From: a virus | Lineage: Duplodnaviria > Heunggongvirae > Uroviricota > Caudoviricetes | Length of the DNA: 64,000 nt | Virus record (IMG/VR): IMGVR_UViG_3300012153_000089 | Span: 64,001 to 128,000 of that record | Reading direction: 5' to 3' (one strand) | Shown here: piece after piece, positions 19,034 through 28,587 of the stretch | How the letters are laid out: each line of letters opens with the position of its first letter | Position numbering within the stretch: the first letter of the stretch is position 1 | Made by a program: the position numbers and the translations under genes | The notes under the pieces: model-generated | What the model saw: the letters and a program-made list of their open reading frames with translations, nothing else | What the model was told of the DNA's origin: nothing | The model's database searches: none

Positions 19034-19088
19034 AATTTTAAAGTGTAAAAAAGAGATGCTTTAAGGCATCTCCGATTATCGTCTAAAT

Positions 19089-19385
19089 CTATTTGCTTTT
19101 TTTCATTGCTGTAAACAACGCTGCTGAAGCTAGTAGGCAGACAACAACTGCCTTCGCATTAACTAAGTTATTATATGCTGTATTAGCTAACCAATGAGCA
19201 AACCCGTTACTTACTTCTTGTCCCATAAACTCCGTAGTACTTGGAGTGCTAGTGAACAATATGTAAAGCACGAGACAAATGACTGGATAAACCAGAAACA
19301 AGCCTCCTGTACCACCATAAAAATTCCGCATGATCTCACACCTCCTAACACTATATATTGATAACACAAATTGATTATACCACAA
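19089..19385 (-). CDS. small membrane protein (likely start MRNFYGG)
   Basis: Two hydrophobic segments; RBS AGGAGGTG. Confidence 0.55.
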   Translation of the reverse strand: MWYNQFVLSIYSVRRCEIMRNFYGGTGGLFLVYPVICLVLYILFTSTPSTTEFMGQEVSNGFAHWLANTAYNNLVNAKAVVVCLLASAALFTAMKKSK

Positions 19386-19538
19386 GATAGAGTGAAATGA
19401 CTATGTAAATGAATCAAGCATTTCCCTTAAAATTAACAAATGAGAATATTATTATAGGTATAAAGTAAAAAAGACACAGCCCATAAGGAGTTGTGTCAAC
19501 TGTGATTATTAATATTTAATTATTATCATGAATTAATT

Positions 19539-19802
19539 TCAAATATTCTTGTTAAACATCCCAATATAATGTTTCTTACATCTGGCTCTCATGAAAACTC
19601 TCGCCCTACAACTTTTCACAATACAAACATTATAGTCATACCTATCTATTTCCTCTTTAGTCTTAAACGTTGAAAAACTCTTTTCTAAATCCCTTAATCT
19701 ACGCTCTTCACACACAAAGCACATTCCAGACTCATTACGACTACTACTAAAGTTGTTACATTTTTCTCTTGAACATTTAACAATACTCATATCGTTCACC
19801 AC
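19539..19802 (-). CDS. Cys-rich hypothetical protein
   Basis: Several CxxC-like pairs. Confidence 0.5.
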   Translation of the reverse strand: MVNDMSIVKCSREKCNNFSSSRNESGMCFVCEERRLRDLEKSFSTFKTKEEIDRYDYNVCIVKSCRARVFMRARCKKHYIGMFNKNI

Positions 19803-19918
19803 CCAGTTAGTTCTAAGATGTTATATTTACATATATTTTAACATCGCTGTTCTTCTGGGTAAAATTAATCTTTCATAAAAAGAAGACACAGCTCAATGTG
19901 AACCGTGCCTAAATCCTA

Positions 19919-20860
19919 CTATTTAATTCTCTCAACTTGTACTTTGTCCGTCATTCCATCAACTTTCATATAGTACCTAGATCCGTCCCTGTAGATAATA
20001 ACATCAGGTCTGTACGAATATCTGTAGGAATATTTATAATCAACCTGTTTCCAGATCTGTCCATTGGCAAGTTCATATAAATTCCCCTCTTCGTATCCTT
20101 CGAAATCATCGTCTATTTTAGTTTCTATAGTGTCCGATGTAGCTGGAACAGTAGGAACAAGAGGCGTATTGTTGCTTGATGTGAAGGGAGTAGCGTTTAG
20201 AGCAGTATATGGGACTTTCACATCTATGAAGCCCTCCGAAAATGGGGCAACCTCGTAGGGACTAAATCGAACAACAATACCGCCATCATAGAAGAAAAAC
20301 GTGGAATCGGGGCCAATTGGATAGTTGTCTATGCTTTCATCATATATTTCTATACCTGTACGCTTTTGTATACTTAAACCTGCACTTATCGAGACAACTA
20401 AGTTACTTATTTGGGCTGTACTTTTTGCTACATCCCCCAAAGTAATAACATTGCCATTACTTAAATTGAAGTTGTATGTAAATGTTGAATATATTTCATG
20501 AACGCCGCCCATATAGGCGCTATCAGTATAGACTATAGATAGTCTCTCATTTTTATTGAATTTAGTACTTGGAGATGTTTTATAAAAATTTTGTTTTGAT
20601 TGTTTCTTTAATTCTGTGTCTAATTGAACTGCCGTTAATGCGTGAGTTTTTAGTATTTTATTGATCTTATCTGTTGCTTTTTTGTTACCACCCGTAAGTT
20701 GGATATACTTTTGTCCTTTATAGCTTAGTACTTTTGTTTTAACACTGACAGTAGAAGCTGCTTCGACGTAGTGGGATGGCAAAAACATGATAATAGACAA
20801 AATAATGATAAAGCATCGTTTAAGATTAAGCTTCATTCTTTCACCTCTACAAATCCACAT
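19919..20860 (-). CDS. secreted DUF3298/PdaC-like domain protein
   Basis: Signal peptide; AYMGGVH...TYNFNL..G..ITLGDV...FFFYDGGIVVRFSPYEVAPFSEG. Confidence 0.65.
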   Translation of the reverse strand: MWICRGERMKLNLKRCFIIILSIIMFLPSHYVEAASTVSVKTKVLSYKGQKYIQLTGGNKKATDKINKILKTHALTAVQLDTELKKQSKQNFYKTSPSTKFNKNERLSIVYTDSAYMGGVHEIYSTFTYNFNLSNGNVITLGDVAKSTAQISNLVVSISAGLSIQKRTGIEIYDESIDNYPIGPDSTFFFYDGGIVVRFSPYEVAPFSEGFIDVKVPYTALNATPFTSSNNTPLVPTVPATSDTIETKIDDDFEGYEEGNLYELANGQIWKQVDYKYSYRYSYRPDVIIYRDGSRYYMKVDGMTDKVQVERIK

Positions 20861-21002
20861 CGGTTGTGGGCATGACTTATTAAGTAGGTCTAAAGAATTA
20901 TATGCTGATTTCCCAAATTTAACAATATGAATTTAAATGTCAGTATAAAATCAGACTTTCATCAAACCGAGTAGGACTCAATGTTGTATCGGTACTGTTA
21001 TA

Positions 21003-21263
21003 GTGTTAAAATATTCCTATACGAAGGGAGATGGTTGTGTGAGTTTTGCTAAAAGGCACTTAGAAGAGATTGAGGAACGTTATTACAGAAAATATATCTG
21101 TCCTGAATGTAACGTGTATCATCTCCATATAGCGAACGAAAACTTCGCAGAATGTCCAGAAGGATACCAAACAAGCGATACCACAATCATTTCAAACATT
21201 ATTGACAGCGAAGATTTTCAAGGTAGATTCACTGGCGATGAACTTCAAAATAAATTTTATTAA
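21003..21263 (+). CDS. small zinc-binding hypothetical protein (likely start VSFAKR)
   Basis: CPEC...ECPEG; RBS GGGAG; terminator hairpin follows. Confidence 0.5.
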   Translation: MLKYSYTKGDGCVSFAKRHLEEIEERYYRKYICPECNVYHLHIANENFAECPEGYQTSDTTIISNIIDSEDFQGRFTGDELQNKFY

Positions 21264-21307
21264 TTAACTTCCACCATCCCACTAAGGGGTGGTTTTCTTT
21301 TTGAAAT

Positions 21308-21610
21308 TCAACTTTTACCTACATTTTTAAATTCATTCATCATTTCACGCATTCTGTTCATGCCCACACTTTCAGTTTTCTTAGTTTGGTTTGCGTAATT
21401 ATCAAAACTTTGGGCGTCACTTTTATTGATAACAGCTTTTGTAGGACGAATGGGTTTGACTTCTGTTAAAGGCATGTTTTTCTCCTCTCTTTCTCTTTTG
21501 AATTCCTTTCGAAGCTCTCTCCATGTCTTTCCTTTGCTTCTTCCTTTTCTTATATCGTTCATTTCGATCAATGACCGCTCAAATCTTTGGCTAAAATTAG
21601 GTGTAGTCAT
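21308..21610 (-). CDS. hypothetical protein
   Basis: RBS AAGGAG. Confidence 0.55.
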   Translation of the reverse strand: MTTPNFSQRFERSLIEMNDIRKGRSKGKTWRELRKEFKREREEKNMPLTEVKPIRPTKAVINKSDAQSFDNYANQTKKTESVGMNRMREMMNEFKNVGKS

Positions 21611-21637
21611 ATGTATTGACTCCTTATTTGTATAGTA

Positions 21638-22642
21638 TTAGTGAACTCCATAAATAAGTTTAATATTTTGCTCATTTAAGAAATCAAGCCTTAACCTTGA
21701 AATGTTCACTTTGCCCTTGCCTACATTGTAGTGTTCGCAAATTGCAAGGTAATCTTTTTTGTTGATCTGTCCATGTTCAATATAAAAATCCTTAGCCATA
21801 TTGAGCATTCCACTATTACGTATATTGATAGGGGTGAGTTTGAGTAGATCAAATGTCTTACTTATCCTTTTTAAACGTCTATTGACCATTGCCGAAGGTG
21901 CGCTTTCATTTTCTGAGCCACGTGCGTCTCTCGCTGTTCTAATAATAAAATCATTGTCACATAGTAGACTATGGTAGCTCTTCATCCCCTCTGTTACTAC
22001 ACCATTATTTTTTAGATACTTCGTTTCTTTGGCTGCCTTTTGAAGGAGTATGTACAATTCATAGGAGATGTTCATTTTTCTTCCTTTGTTTTTTTGATCT
22101 CCATCATCAAACAAAGTTATTTCAATGGTACTACCCTTTTTTACAATGTGTTCTAATTTAGCATTTAATAGTTCACTAAATTGACGACCTCCCAGCCCTT
22201 CATATATGCCCCTGATAAGAGCCTTATCTTGAAAATTAACACATTCGCTTACCAATTCGTTTATTTTTTGTTCACTAAATAGCGTCGCTTCGCTTTTGTC
22301 AACCATTCCTTCAAACCATTCTCTTGATGTCATTGCATCCAATGGATTGATATTATCGGTACGAAGATCCTGTTCTATTGCCCATTGAATATAATTTTTA
22401 ATTCGATTTCCTGCACCTGTTAATGTACTAAGAACTGAAGAATTCATAGTCATTAACAGTTGTTTCAATTGTGCAAGGTTGAAATTATATAGGTCTGTTA
22501 CGAATGTATTTTCGAGCAATGCTGCAATCTTAAAGATGCGCTCATTTGATCTTCTTGTATGCTCGTTCATGTTTTTTAAATATCTTTCTTTTGTTACTGA
22601 GTTGAATAATCCTTCTGTGTAAATAATATTCATGTTGGTCAC
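21638..22642 (-). CDS. second MrpR/YopR-like repressor paralogue
   Basis: Shares blocks with 8274-9311 (NYIQWAIEQDLR.DNINPL, YLKNNG.V.E..KS.H, LT.IN.RNSGML.MA.D). Confidence 0.7.
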   Translation of the reverse strand: MTNMNIIYTEGLFNSVTKERYLKNMNEHTRRSNERIFKIAALLENTFVTDLYNFNLAQLKQLLMTMNSSVLSTLTGAGNRIKNYIQWAIEQDLRTDNINPLDAMTSREWFEGMVDKSEATLFSEQKINELVSECVNFQDKALIRGIYEGLGGRQFSELLNAKLEHIVKKGSTIEITLFDDGDQKNKGRKMNISYELYILLQKAAKETKYLKNNGVVTEGMKSYHSLLCDNDFIIRTARDARGSENESAPSAMVNRRLKRISKTFDLLKLTPINIRNSGMLNMAKDFYIEHGQINKKDYLAICEHYNVGKGKVNISRLRLDFLNEQNIKLIYGVH

Positions 22643-22828
22643 CTCATTCGTTTAGTTTAATTATTAGTTTCATCTATAAAATTATTAACCAAGCTTAGAG
22701 TGCTTATGAAGATATGATTCAGGTTCACAGATATCTTGGTTGCTGTGGTATTCTCTTAAGTCCGAATGATTGTATTAGTTAGCCGCTATAAAATAACTGT
22801 TTCATCCAAATAAACCTAGATAGCAAGA

Positions 22829-23242
22829 TTAAAATTCACTATAAAATGATTCTTCTTCAATTCTAATATCTTCCCATGTCTCATCATCTAGTAAGAGAAA
22901 AAATGTTTCTGCATGCTTAGAGTAAAAACCAAGAGCCGAATCAACAGAAGTAATACTTTTGTCAAATACATAACTAGTATCAACAAAACCATCTGGTCTC
23001 ACAAGTATGCTGATGTTTCGATATGAACCATCCCACACTATAGTGGTTTTATTTAGGAGTTTTTGATTATTTAAAATACTATCCAATAAGAAAATTACCT
23101 CTTCATTGGCAACGCCTTCTCGATAATCCTTTATCATTTTAGTTACAGAATCAACTTCTTGTGCTAATGTCGTGTAATTTATGTATTCCTCAGGAGTTGC
23201 ATTACAAGGTTTAAAGTTTTCTACATATGCCGATATTGTCAT
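22829..23242 (-). CDS. hypothetical protein
   Basis: Lies between palindromes at 22788 and 23271. Confidence 0.55.
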   Translation of the reverse strand: MTISAYVENFKPCNATPEEYINYTTLAQEVDSVTKMIKDYREGVANEEVIFLLDSILNNQKLLNKTTIVWDGSYRNISILVRPDGFVDTSYVFDKSITSVDSALGFYSKHAETFFLLLDDETWEDIRIEEESFYSEF

Positions 23243-23284
23243 AAATCATCATCCTTTATTGCTTATTTTTATCAAATCCTGCTA

Positions 23285-23671
23285 TCATTTACTTTCTTGA
23301 TTGCCAATCCAATAACCATCGGGATTATAGTGGTTTTTACCAAGAACTCTACCGTTAATTGTGTGATACGTCCTATTAAGTTTCTCTACTTCTTCCTTAT
23401 TCATTGGTCGTACATTCTCTTTTAGAAAGTGTACATCAAAGAATCCAAACCCCTCACAGAAAGTGCCGATGTAGTAGTTCTCATCTTCCGAAACTACATT
23501 GATTAAATCGTCTTCCTGTCTTCCAATGTTGCCCATCAGATGAAGAGCATCACTACCACCTTTTAAAACCATAACTCTCGCTTTCAGTTTGAAAGCAGGA
23601 GTATTGTTTACTCCCTTTGGAGTCTTTCTTTTATAAGCTTCTTTTTTCAAATATTTCGCCTCCCTGTTCAT
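23285..23671 (-). CDS. hypothetical protein
   Basis: Co-oriented ORF. Confidence 0.55.
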   Translation of the reverse strand: MNREAKYLKKEAYKRKTPKGVNNTPAFKLKARVMVLKGGSDALHLMGNIGRQEDDLINVVSEDENYYIGTFCEGFGFFDVHFLKENVRPMNKEEVEKLNRTYHTINGRVLGKNHYNPDGYWIGNQESK

Positions 23672-23682
23672 CTCATTTATTT

Positions 23683-23928
23683 TTACTCTGTATCCTTTAC
23701 TTCATCAAAAATCACTTTAACTTTGCGGCTTTTCAGAGCCTCCTCCATCATTTGAGAAGTAACAAGAACCATTTTTTCATCAGATGGAAATACTGGTCTT
23801 ACGTGCAAAGAAAGATTAGAAAATAGTTCAATTAGAAAATCTACTTGCTCCGCTGGCTTCCAGTCTCTATTATAATGCTCCCGGAAAAAGTCTGAGATTG
23901 CTCCATCCATCTTCATTTCTTCTGTCAC
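23683..23928 (-). CDS. hypothetical protein
   Basis: RBS GGAGGG. Confidence 0.55.
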   Translation of the reverse strand: MTEEMKMDGAISDFFREHYNRDWKPAEQVDFLIELFSNLSLHVRPVFPSDEKMVLVTSQMMEEALKSRKVKVIFDEVKDTE

Positions 23929-23955
23929 AGGATTCCCTCCATGTTTTCAATTTGT

Positions 23956-24315
23956 TTAACATGCTAGGCCAAGTTGCATTTGGCTAATGATTGATCTTGC
24001 TCCCTTTAAAACTGCTTTTACAGATTTGCTATTATAGGTACTGAAGTCAAATATATATCCTTCATGCTCAAATAACGGATTTTCTTCTGACACATTATTT
24101 AATTTTTCAATTAGTCTAAACATGTTTTTGAAGTAGGCTTTATTCAAAACCTTCATAGAATCGGTAAAATCCTTGGTTAATGTTTCACCTATAACCGCTG
24201 AAGGATCAATATGCGTTAACTCCAATCTTAAAGCACTTGTACTCACAAGAATGGTTCCTAATCCAAACGTAATCCGATTCTCATTTATCATTTTTAATCT
24301 TCCTTTCTTGATCAA
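23956..24315 (-). CDS. hypothetical protein (likely start MINENR)
   Basis: RBS AAAGGA after palindrome 24311. Confidence 0.55.
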   Translation of the reverse strand: MIKKGRLKMINENRITFGLGTILVSTSALRLELTHIDPSAVIGETLTKDFTDSMKVLNKAYFKNMFRLIEKLNNVSEENPLFEHEGYIFDFSTYNSKSVKAVLKGARSIISQMQLGLAC

Positions 24316-24330
24316 ATACTGTTTTTATCT

Positions 24331-24540
24331 TTATTTATTAAAGCCGACCTTTTTCCGTTTAACTCTAAATTGATCTCTATCAAAGATTGGCGTTATCTCC
24401 CCAAAAGACGAACTTATAGAACCACCACTGATATGAAACCTTTCTCCATCAAAAAAGACAATATACCCCCAATGCTTATAATAGGGTGAATCCTTATCAG
24501 TAATTGTTGCAGATTTCCCAATGAGGTTTTTCATTTTCAC
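24331..24540 (-). CDS. hypothetical SH3-like small protein
   Basis: Co-oriented ORF. Confidence 0.5.
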   Translation of the reverse strand: MKMKNLIGKSATITDKDSPYYKHWGYIVFFDGERFHISGGSISSSFGEITPIFDRDQFRVKRKKVGFNK

Positions 24541-24545
24541 CTTCG

Positions 24546-24956
24546 CTACTCCCCATATTCCTCTAGCAATTTCGAAATCTCAACTGGTTCCTGATCGTCT
24601 TTCATGACATATGTAACTCCGATCTGCATGAGCCATTTAATTTCCTCTAACTCTTCACCTTTTTTTGGAGCTTTGATGCTACTTCCTTTACCAAAACTAT
24701 CTCTGTATACAATCCATGTTTTGGTAGGTTCCTTGATGGCCTCTACAACAATTCTCCCAATTCCATTAAATTTATATATTATATATGAGATGTTTCCTTC
24801 AACCACAATAAATGTTTGTTTTCCATCCCATCTAGATATAGGAGTGATTTTTTCTTTATACAATACATCGAACAGCCAAGTGGATTGCTTCTTGCTTAAC
24901 GTAATATCTGTTTTATCGTTTAAAAATAATTTTACGAGCTCTACTGATTTCTTCAT
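24546..24956 (-). CDS. hypothetical protein
   Basis: RBS AAGGAG. Confidence 0.55.
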   Translation of the reverse strand: MKKSVELVKLFLNDKTDITLSKKQSTWLFDVLYKEKITPISRWDGKQTFIVVEGNISYIIYKFNGIGRIVVEAIKEPTKTWIVYRDSFGKGSSIKAPKKGEELEEIKWLMQIGVTYVMKDDQEPVEISKLLEEYGE

Positions 24957-25123
24957 TGTATATAGCCACTCCTTAGTATTTTGATTTAATTGTATACTTT
25001 ATTTGAAATCGAGATATATGGCGGTATTGTTTCTAAATGAAATCGTTGTTTCAGTTAGTCTTATGTATCGTTACGGTACGTTGTTGCTGGTTGTTGTACA
25101 TCGTTGCTTAACTTTATAACATA

Positions 25124-25164
25124 ATTATAATCCCATTATATTAATATGTAAAGTGTTATTTTAT
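25124..25164 (-). promoter_or_regulatory. early promoter with 13-bp operator
   Basis: ATAAAATAACACT, TTTACA-N17-TATAAT. Confidence 0.75.
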
Positions 25165-25221
25165 TATTTAAATTAAATAAGTTGCTTATTTGTAGTTGTT
25201 ATATGAGATATCTTGTAACTC

Positions 25222-25368
25222 TTGATAAATTGTCTCAGTTGCAATAGAATTACTATGTTCAGTCTCTAACTGACTACCATAACTACAAATAGACTCACCT
25301 AGATAACGTGAGCTTTAAAAAACCATCTATCTAACTTTTAAGCACTCTCACCACAGAGGGTGCTTTTG
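25222..25368 (+). ncRNA. candidate ~110-nt sRNA (promoter plus terminator, no ORF)
   Basis: TTGATA(25222)-N17-TAGAAT(25245); AAGCACTCTC..GAGGGTGCTTTT terminator. Confidence 0.45.
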
Positions 25369-25382
25369 TTATGCCTACTTTT

Positions 25383-25401
25383 TGTTACCCAAACGGTAAC
25401 A
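25383..25401. promoter_or_regulatory. palindromic operator upstream of XRE gene
   Basis: TGTTACC-CAAAC-GGTAACA perfect 7-bp inverted repeat. Confidence 0.55.
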
Positions 25402-25465
25402 CTCTTATAAATTTAAACCAAATACTGTCTGTTGTCAACTGAATTTGTATAAAGGGGGATTCTCT

Positions 25466-25687
25466 ATGGTTTCTCGTAGATTAAAGGTTCACTTAGGAAA
25501 TCTACTTGATAGTAAAGATATATCAGCTAGAGAACTATCAAGACGTACAGGAGTTCGTCACGTGACCATAAGTAAGATTATTAATGGTGAGGCTGTATAC
25601 ATATCATTTGATAATATTGAAAAGATCTGTAACGAATTAGAGATTGATGTAAATGAAATTATGTCCATGATCGAAGAAGATGAATAA
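25466..25687 (+). CDS. XRE/Cro-C1 HTH regulator (YozG-like)
   Basis: LGNLL...ISARELSRRTGVRHVTISKIING...IEKICNELEID. Confidence 0.8.
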   Translation: MVSRRLKVHLGNLLDSKDISARELSRRTGVRHVTISKIINGEAVYISFDNIEKICNELEIDVNEIMSMIEEDE

Positions 25688-25881
25688 GCATACAGTAGTG
25701 TGGTTATCAGGTAATTTTTTGGCCCTCATTGGTTACTTTTTATATGTAAAGACTTCTAAGATTGGCTATGTCTATGTTGTTATAACATGCGCTTTAATAT
25801 TATTGGTACTATCGCTCTATCTAATAATTAAAAAGAAATAAAAAAAGGAGCTGCTTGTTTGCAGTCTCCTATTTGTTATGT

Positions 25882-26301
25882 TTATATTCGATTGCTTTTT
25901 ACCCTCTTTTCCATTGCCTTCTGCAAGAAAAATATTGCCATAGTAGCAAAGGTTAAAATATTTATTTCGCTTGAGAATGCGTTTTTTTCTAAATACTGAG
26001 TAAGCCCGTAAAATTTGTATGAAAGGTAGACTAGAATAAAAAGAGATAACATTATAAATATGACAGACATAGTTTTAGCGAGAACCTTCTCAAATTTATT
26101 ACCATATTCTGACGATATATTAAATGCTGAAAAACACAGATCAATAGATGCAAAAAGCAGCGCCAATATTCCTGTTATAAGAACGAAAAGAACGTTAACG
26201 TTTAACCAATATGAAGCAATACTGCATATTAAATAGATAGCAAAAAATCCGTAAAATAACCATGGTATACTCTTATTAATGCAGGAGCAGACGCTTTTCA
26301 T
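25882..26301 (-). CDS. 4-TM membrane protein
   Basis: Four hydrophobic segments. Confidence 0.55.
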   Translation of the reverse strand: MKSVCSCINKSIPWLFYGFFAIYLICSIASYWLNVNVLFVLITGILALLFASIDLCFSAFNISSEYGNKFEKVLAKTMSVIFIMLSLFILVYLSYKFYGLTQYLEKNAFSSEINILTFATMAIFFLQKAMEKRVKSNRI

Positions 26302-26555
26302 ATAAGTTTCCCTCCCTTCTATTTTGAATGTGTTTATGTAAAAGTAACATTTCTTAGAGATTTATCTTTTTTCACATATTGGTCTAAGCGTCCCATCCTG
26401 AATACGTTGAATTCGATCACTATTGTCCCACCTAACGGTATAACCCACTCCAACAGGATTCGCAACCACAGTACCTGTATTTCCTGTTGTTCTTTTAACT
26501 CTGTATCCCTTTTTAAAGTTCATTGTTATCCCTCTTTTCTGATCAAATTAAAATT

Positions 26556-26768
26556 TCATTTAGAATTATCTTCTTCTTTCTTTAATCTGTGCATTGTAAA
26601 TGTGTATACTGCAATTATAAACAATATAGAACAGAATCTTGTAATCATTGCGTTATAATCGGAGTGGGCAAAAGATATCCCCATACGCACTACATCATAT
26701 GCCAAAAGAATATGTACTACTAACCTAAGAAGTGAAACTCCTCCATCATTCAATTTTAACAACTTCAT
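26556..26768 (-). CDS. small membrane protein
   Basis: RBS AGGAGG; two hydrophobic segments. Confidence 0.5.
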   Translation of the reverse strand: MKLLKLNDGGVSLLRLVVHILLAYDVVRMGISFAHSDYNAMITRFCSILFIIAVYTFTMHRLKKEEDNSK

Positions 26769-26776
26769 GCCTCCTA

Positions 26777-26995
26777 TTATCTCATGAACCTAAAGTTCAA
26801 TGGAATACCCAATCTGTCTTCAATTGTTCTGATTTTACTCTTCAGGATCATTCTCTCTTCCCAATTTAAATTGTCATTCATTAGATAATCTTCTTTGAGA
26901 CTTTTCAGTAGATCTCTTGCACTCAACCCTAACACCTCTTTATATATTATCTTCTCTATCTGAATATAATTATACAACAATAAAAATACATACAC
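26777..26995 (-). CDS. hypothetical protein (likely TTG start LSARDLL)
   Basis: RBS AGAGGTG lies inside the ORF-track 5' end. Confidence 0.45.
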   Translation of the reverse strand: MYVFLLLYNYIQIEKIIYKEVLGLSARDLLKSLKEDYLMNDNLNWEERMILKSKIRTIEDRLGIPLNFRFMR

Positions 26996-27009
26996 AAGTA
27001 TTATTTTAT
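26969..27009 (-). promoter_or_regulatory. early promoter with 13-bp operator variant
   Basis: ATAAAATAATACT, TTGTGT-N17-TATAAT. Confidence 0.6.
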
Positions 27010-27060
27010 TGTTATTGAAGATGAAAGTCTTGTTTCATCATCAAATTTTGTTAGTTAACC

Positions 27061-27218
27061 TTTAATTGCTTTTCCGTATTTGGTACAATAACCTTGTAGC
27101 CCGGCTAGGCTACTCCTACAGAGCATTTGTGGTGGGATTACATCTAAGTATGTTGCACAATCAGAAGAAAGTAACCCGCACTTTGGCTCTCAACCTGTGG
27201 CGGGTTACTTTCTTTTCT
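27061..27218 (+). ncRNA. candidate ~125-nt sRNA
   Basis: TTTAAT-N17-(TGg)TACAAT; 5' hairpin GTAGCC/GGCTAC; 14-bp terminator stem 27166-27213. Confidence 0.4.
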
Positions 27219-27237
27219 ATCGTATAAAAGACTGGTT

Positions 27238-28278
27238 TTACTTAGTCTCAATGACACCATTCTTGATTACATACTTCTTTGTGTCTTGAATTTCTGCTTG
27301 AGTATTGTCGATAACTTTGTTGCTATTCAATATCTGGGAGATGAATTTCAGTTTATGCTCCAAATCTGATTTTACCTTTTTTAGTTTACTGTTTAATTTG
27401 GACTTATTATTGATTTGTGCGTCCTTACCTTCAATAATTACATCTTTTAATTTAAGTTGATTCCTCAGTTCGGCAACCTCTAATTTTAATTCATTTATCT
27501 GAGAATGAAGTACAGAATTGGCTTTCACATCGCCTAGTAAGCCCTCCAACTGTTTCGTGATAACTTGGACTGCATCTGATTGTAGAGTCGTTTCTGTAGG
27601 GCTCTCAGGCTGTGCTGTGTCCTCTTTGCTATCCAAATAGATAACATTCTTCTCCACTAAATAATTATGGACAGATCCATACTTCCTAGTTATTTGATAA
27701 TATTTCTGATATATATTATTTTCTTTTCTATTTATAATTTTTGACACCGCTTCTATCGCTGCCTTTTTGGTGCTCCCCTTCTTCTTTTCTTCTTGAATTG
27801 TTTCTTCAACCAATAATAATTCCTCATCCGACCATTCACCTAGAATTTCACCTTTTTGAGTATCTGTAAGAGTATCTTCCACCCTCAATAAGTACTCTCT
27901 TACTGTTCGGGCTACTTCACTATCTCTAAGAAGCATTCCAAGACGTAATAAACATCTGCGATTCAAAATCATTGCTGTAGGTACTCTGTCCAACTCTGGG
28001 ACACTATGTCCTAGAGTCAACTTATATTCTTTCAAATCCTTACTGTACAAGGTTTTGATCCCATCCTCTGAAAGTTCCTGTCTGTTTCTTTGAATTGTTT
28101 TTCTGATGGTTTCGATACTAACCTCATAATATTCTGCTGCTTGTCTGATCGTCATATTTTCACCATCTGGTAACAAACTTAGAGTTTTAACCTTGTTCAA
28201 TATTTCTGTTTTTGCTATGTATTCATTTCGCAAAGTTTGATCATCAATAAAATTTTCCAATTGTAAGGCTTTATTCAT
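27238..28278 (-). CDS. antirepressor-like DNA-binding protein (KilA/ORF6N-like N-domain, RsfA/Myb-like HTH, coiled coil)
   Basis: MTIRQAAEYYEV...LLRLGMLLRDSEVAR...YLL; WSDEELLLVEETI...AIEAVSKIINRKE. Confidence 0.55.
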   Translation of the reverse strand: MNKALQLENFIDDQTLRNEYIAKTEILNKVKTLSLLPDGENMTIRQAAEYYEVSIETIRKTIQRNRQELSEDGIKTLYSKDLKEYKLTLGHSVPELDRVPTAMILNRRCLLRLGMLLRDSEVARTVREYLLRVEDTLTDTQKGEILGEWSDEELLLVEETIQEEKKKGSTKKAAIEAVSKIINRKENNIYQKYYQITRKYGSVHNYLVEKNVIYLDSKEDTAQPESPTETTLQSDAVQVITKQLEGLLGDVKANSVLHSQINELKLEVAELRNQLKLKDVIIEGKDAQINNKSKLNSKLKKVKSDLEHKLKFISQILNSNKVIDNTQAEIQDTKKYVIKNGVIETK

Positions 28279-28299
28279 TTTAAAATCTCCTTTATTATT

Positions 28300-28479
28300 T
28301 TATTGTTTATAGTTTGAAATAAATTCTTCAAGTTTCAAAATTTCTGGTTTTTGTAACGGCTGCTTCCCGTTGATGAACAGTGAAAACAATGCGTTACTAA
28401 TTCCTAGTTTCTTCGCAATGAATGATTTCTTAATTCCATAAGTATCGATGATGATTTGTGTTCTCTCTTTAAGAGTCAT
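28300..28479 (-). CDS. Cro-like HTH protein (59 aa), below ORF-track cutoff
   Basis: RBS AAGGAGGTGAG; MTLKERTQIIIDTYGIKKSFIAKKLGISNALFSLFINGKQPLQKPEILKLEEFISNYKQ. Confidence 0.75.
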   Translation of the reverse strand: MTLKERTQIIIDTYGIKKSFIAKKLGISNALFSLFINGKQPLQKPEILKLEEFISNYKQ

Positions 28480-28587
28480 TGGTACTCACCTCCTTAAAAT
28501 ATATTTTAATGAACAGTTAAAAAAATTTGCTTCACTTCTTCTACAACTACATATGTGCGCTCTGAATTTTCATAGTCTTTCCACAGT

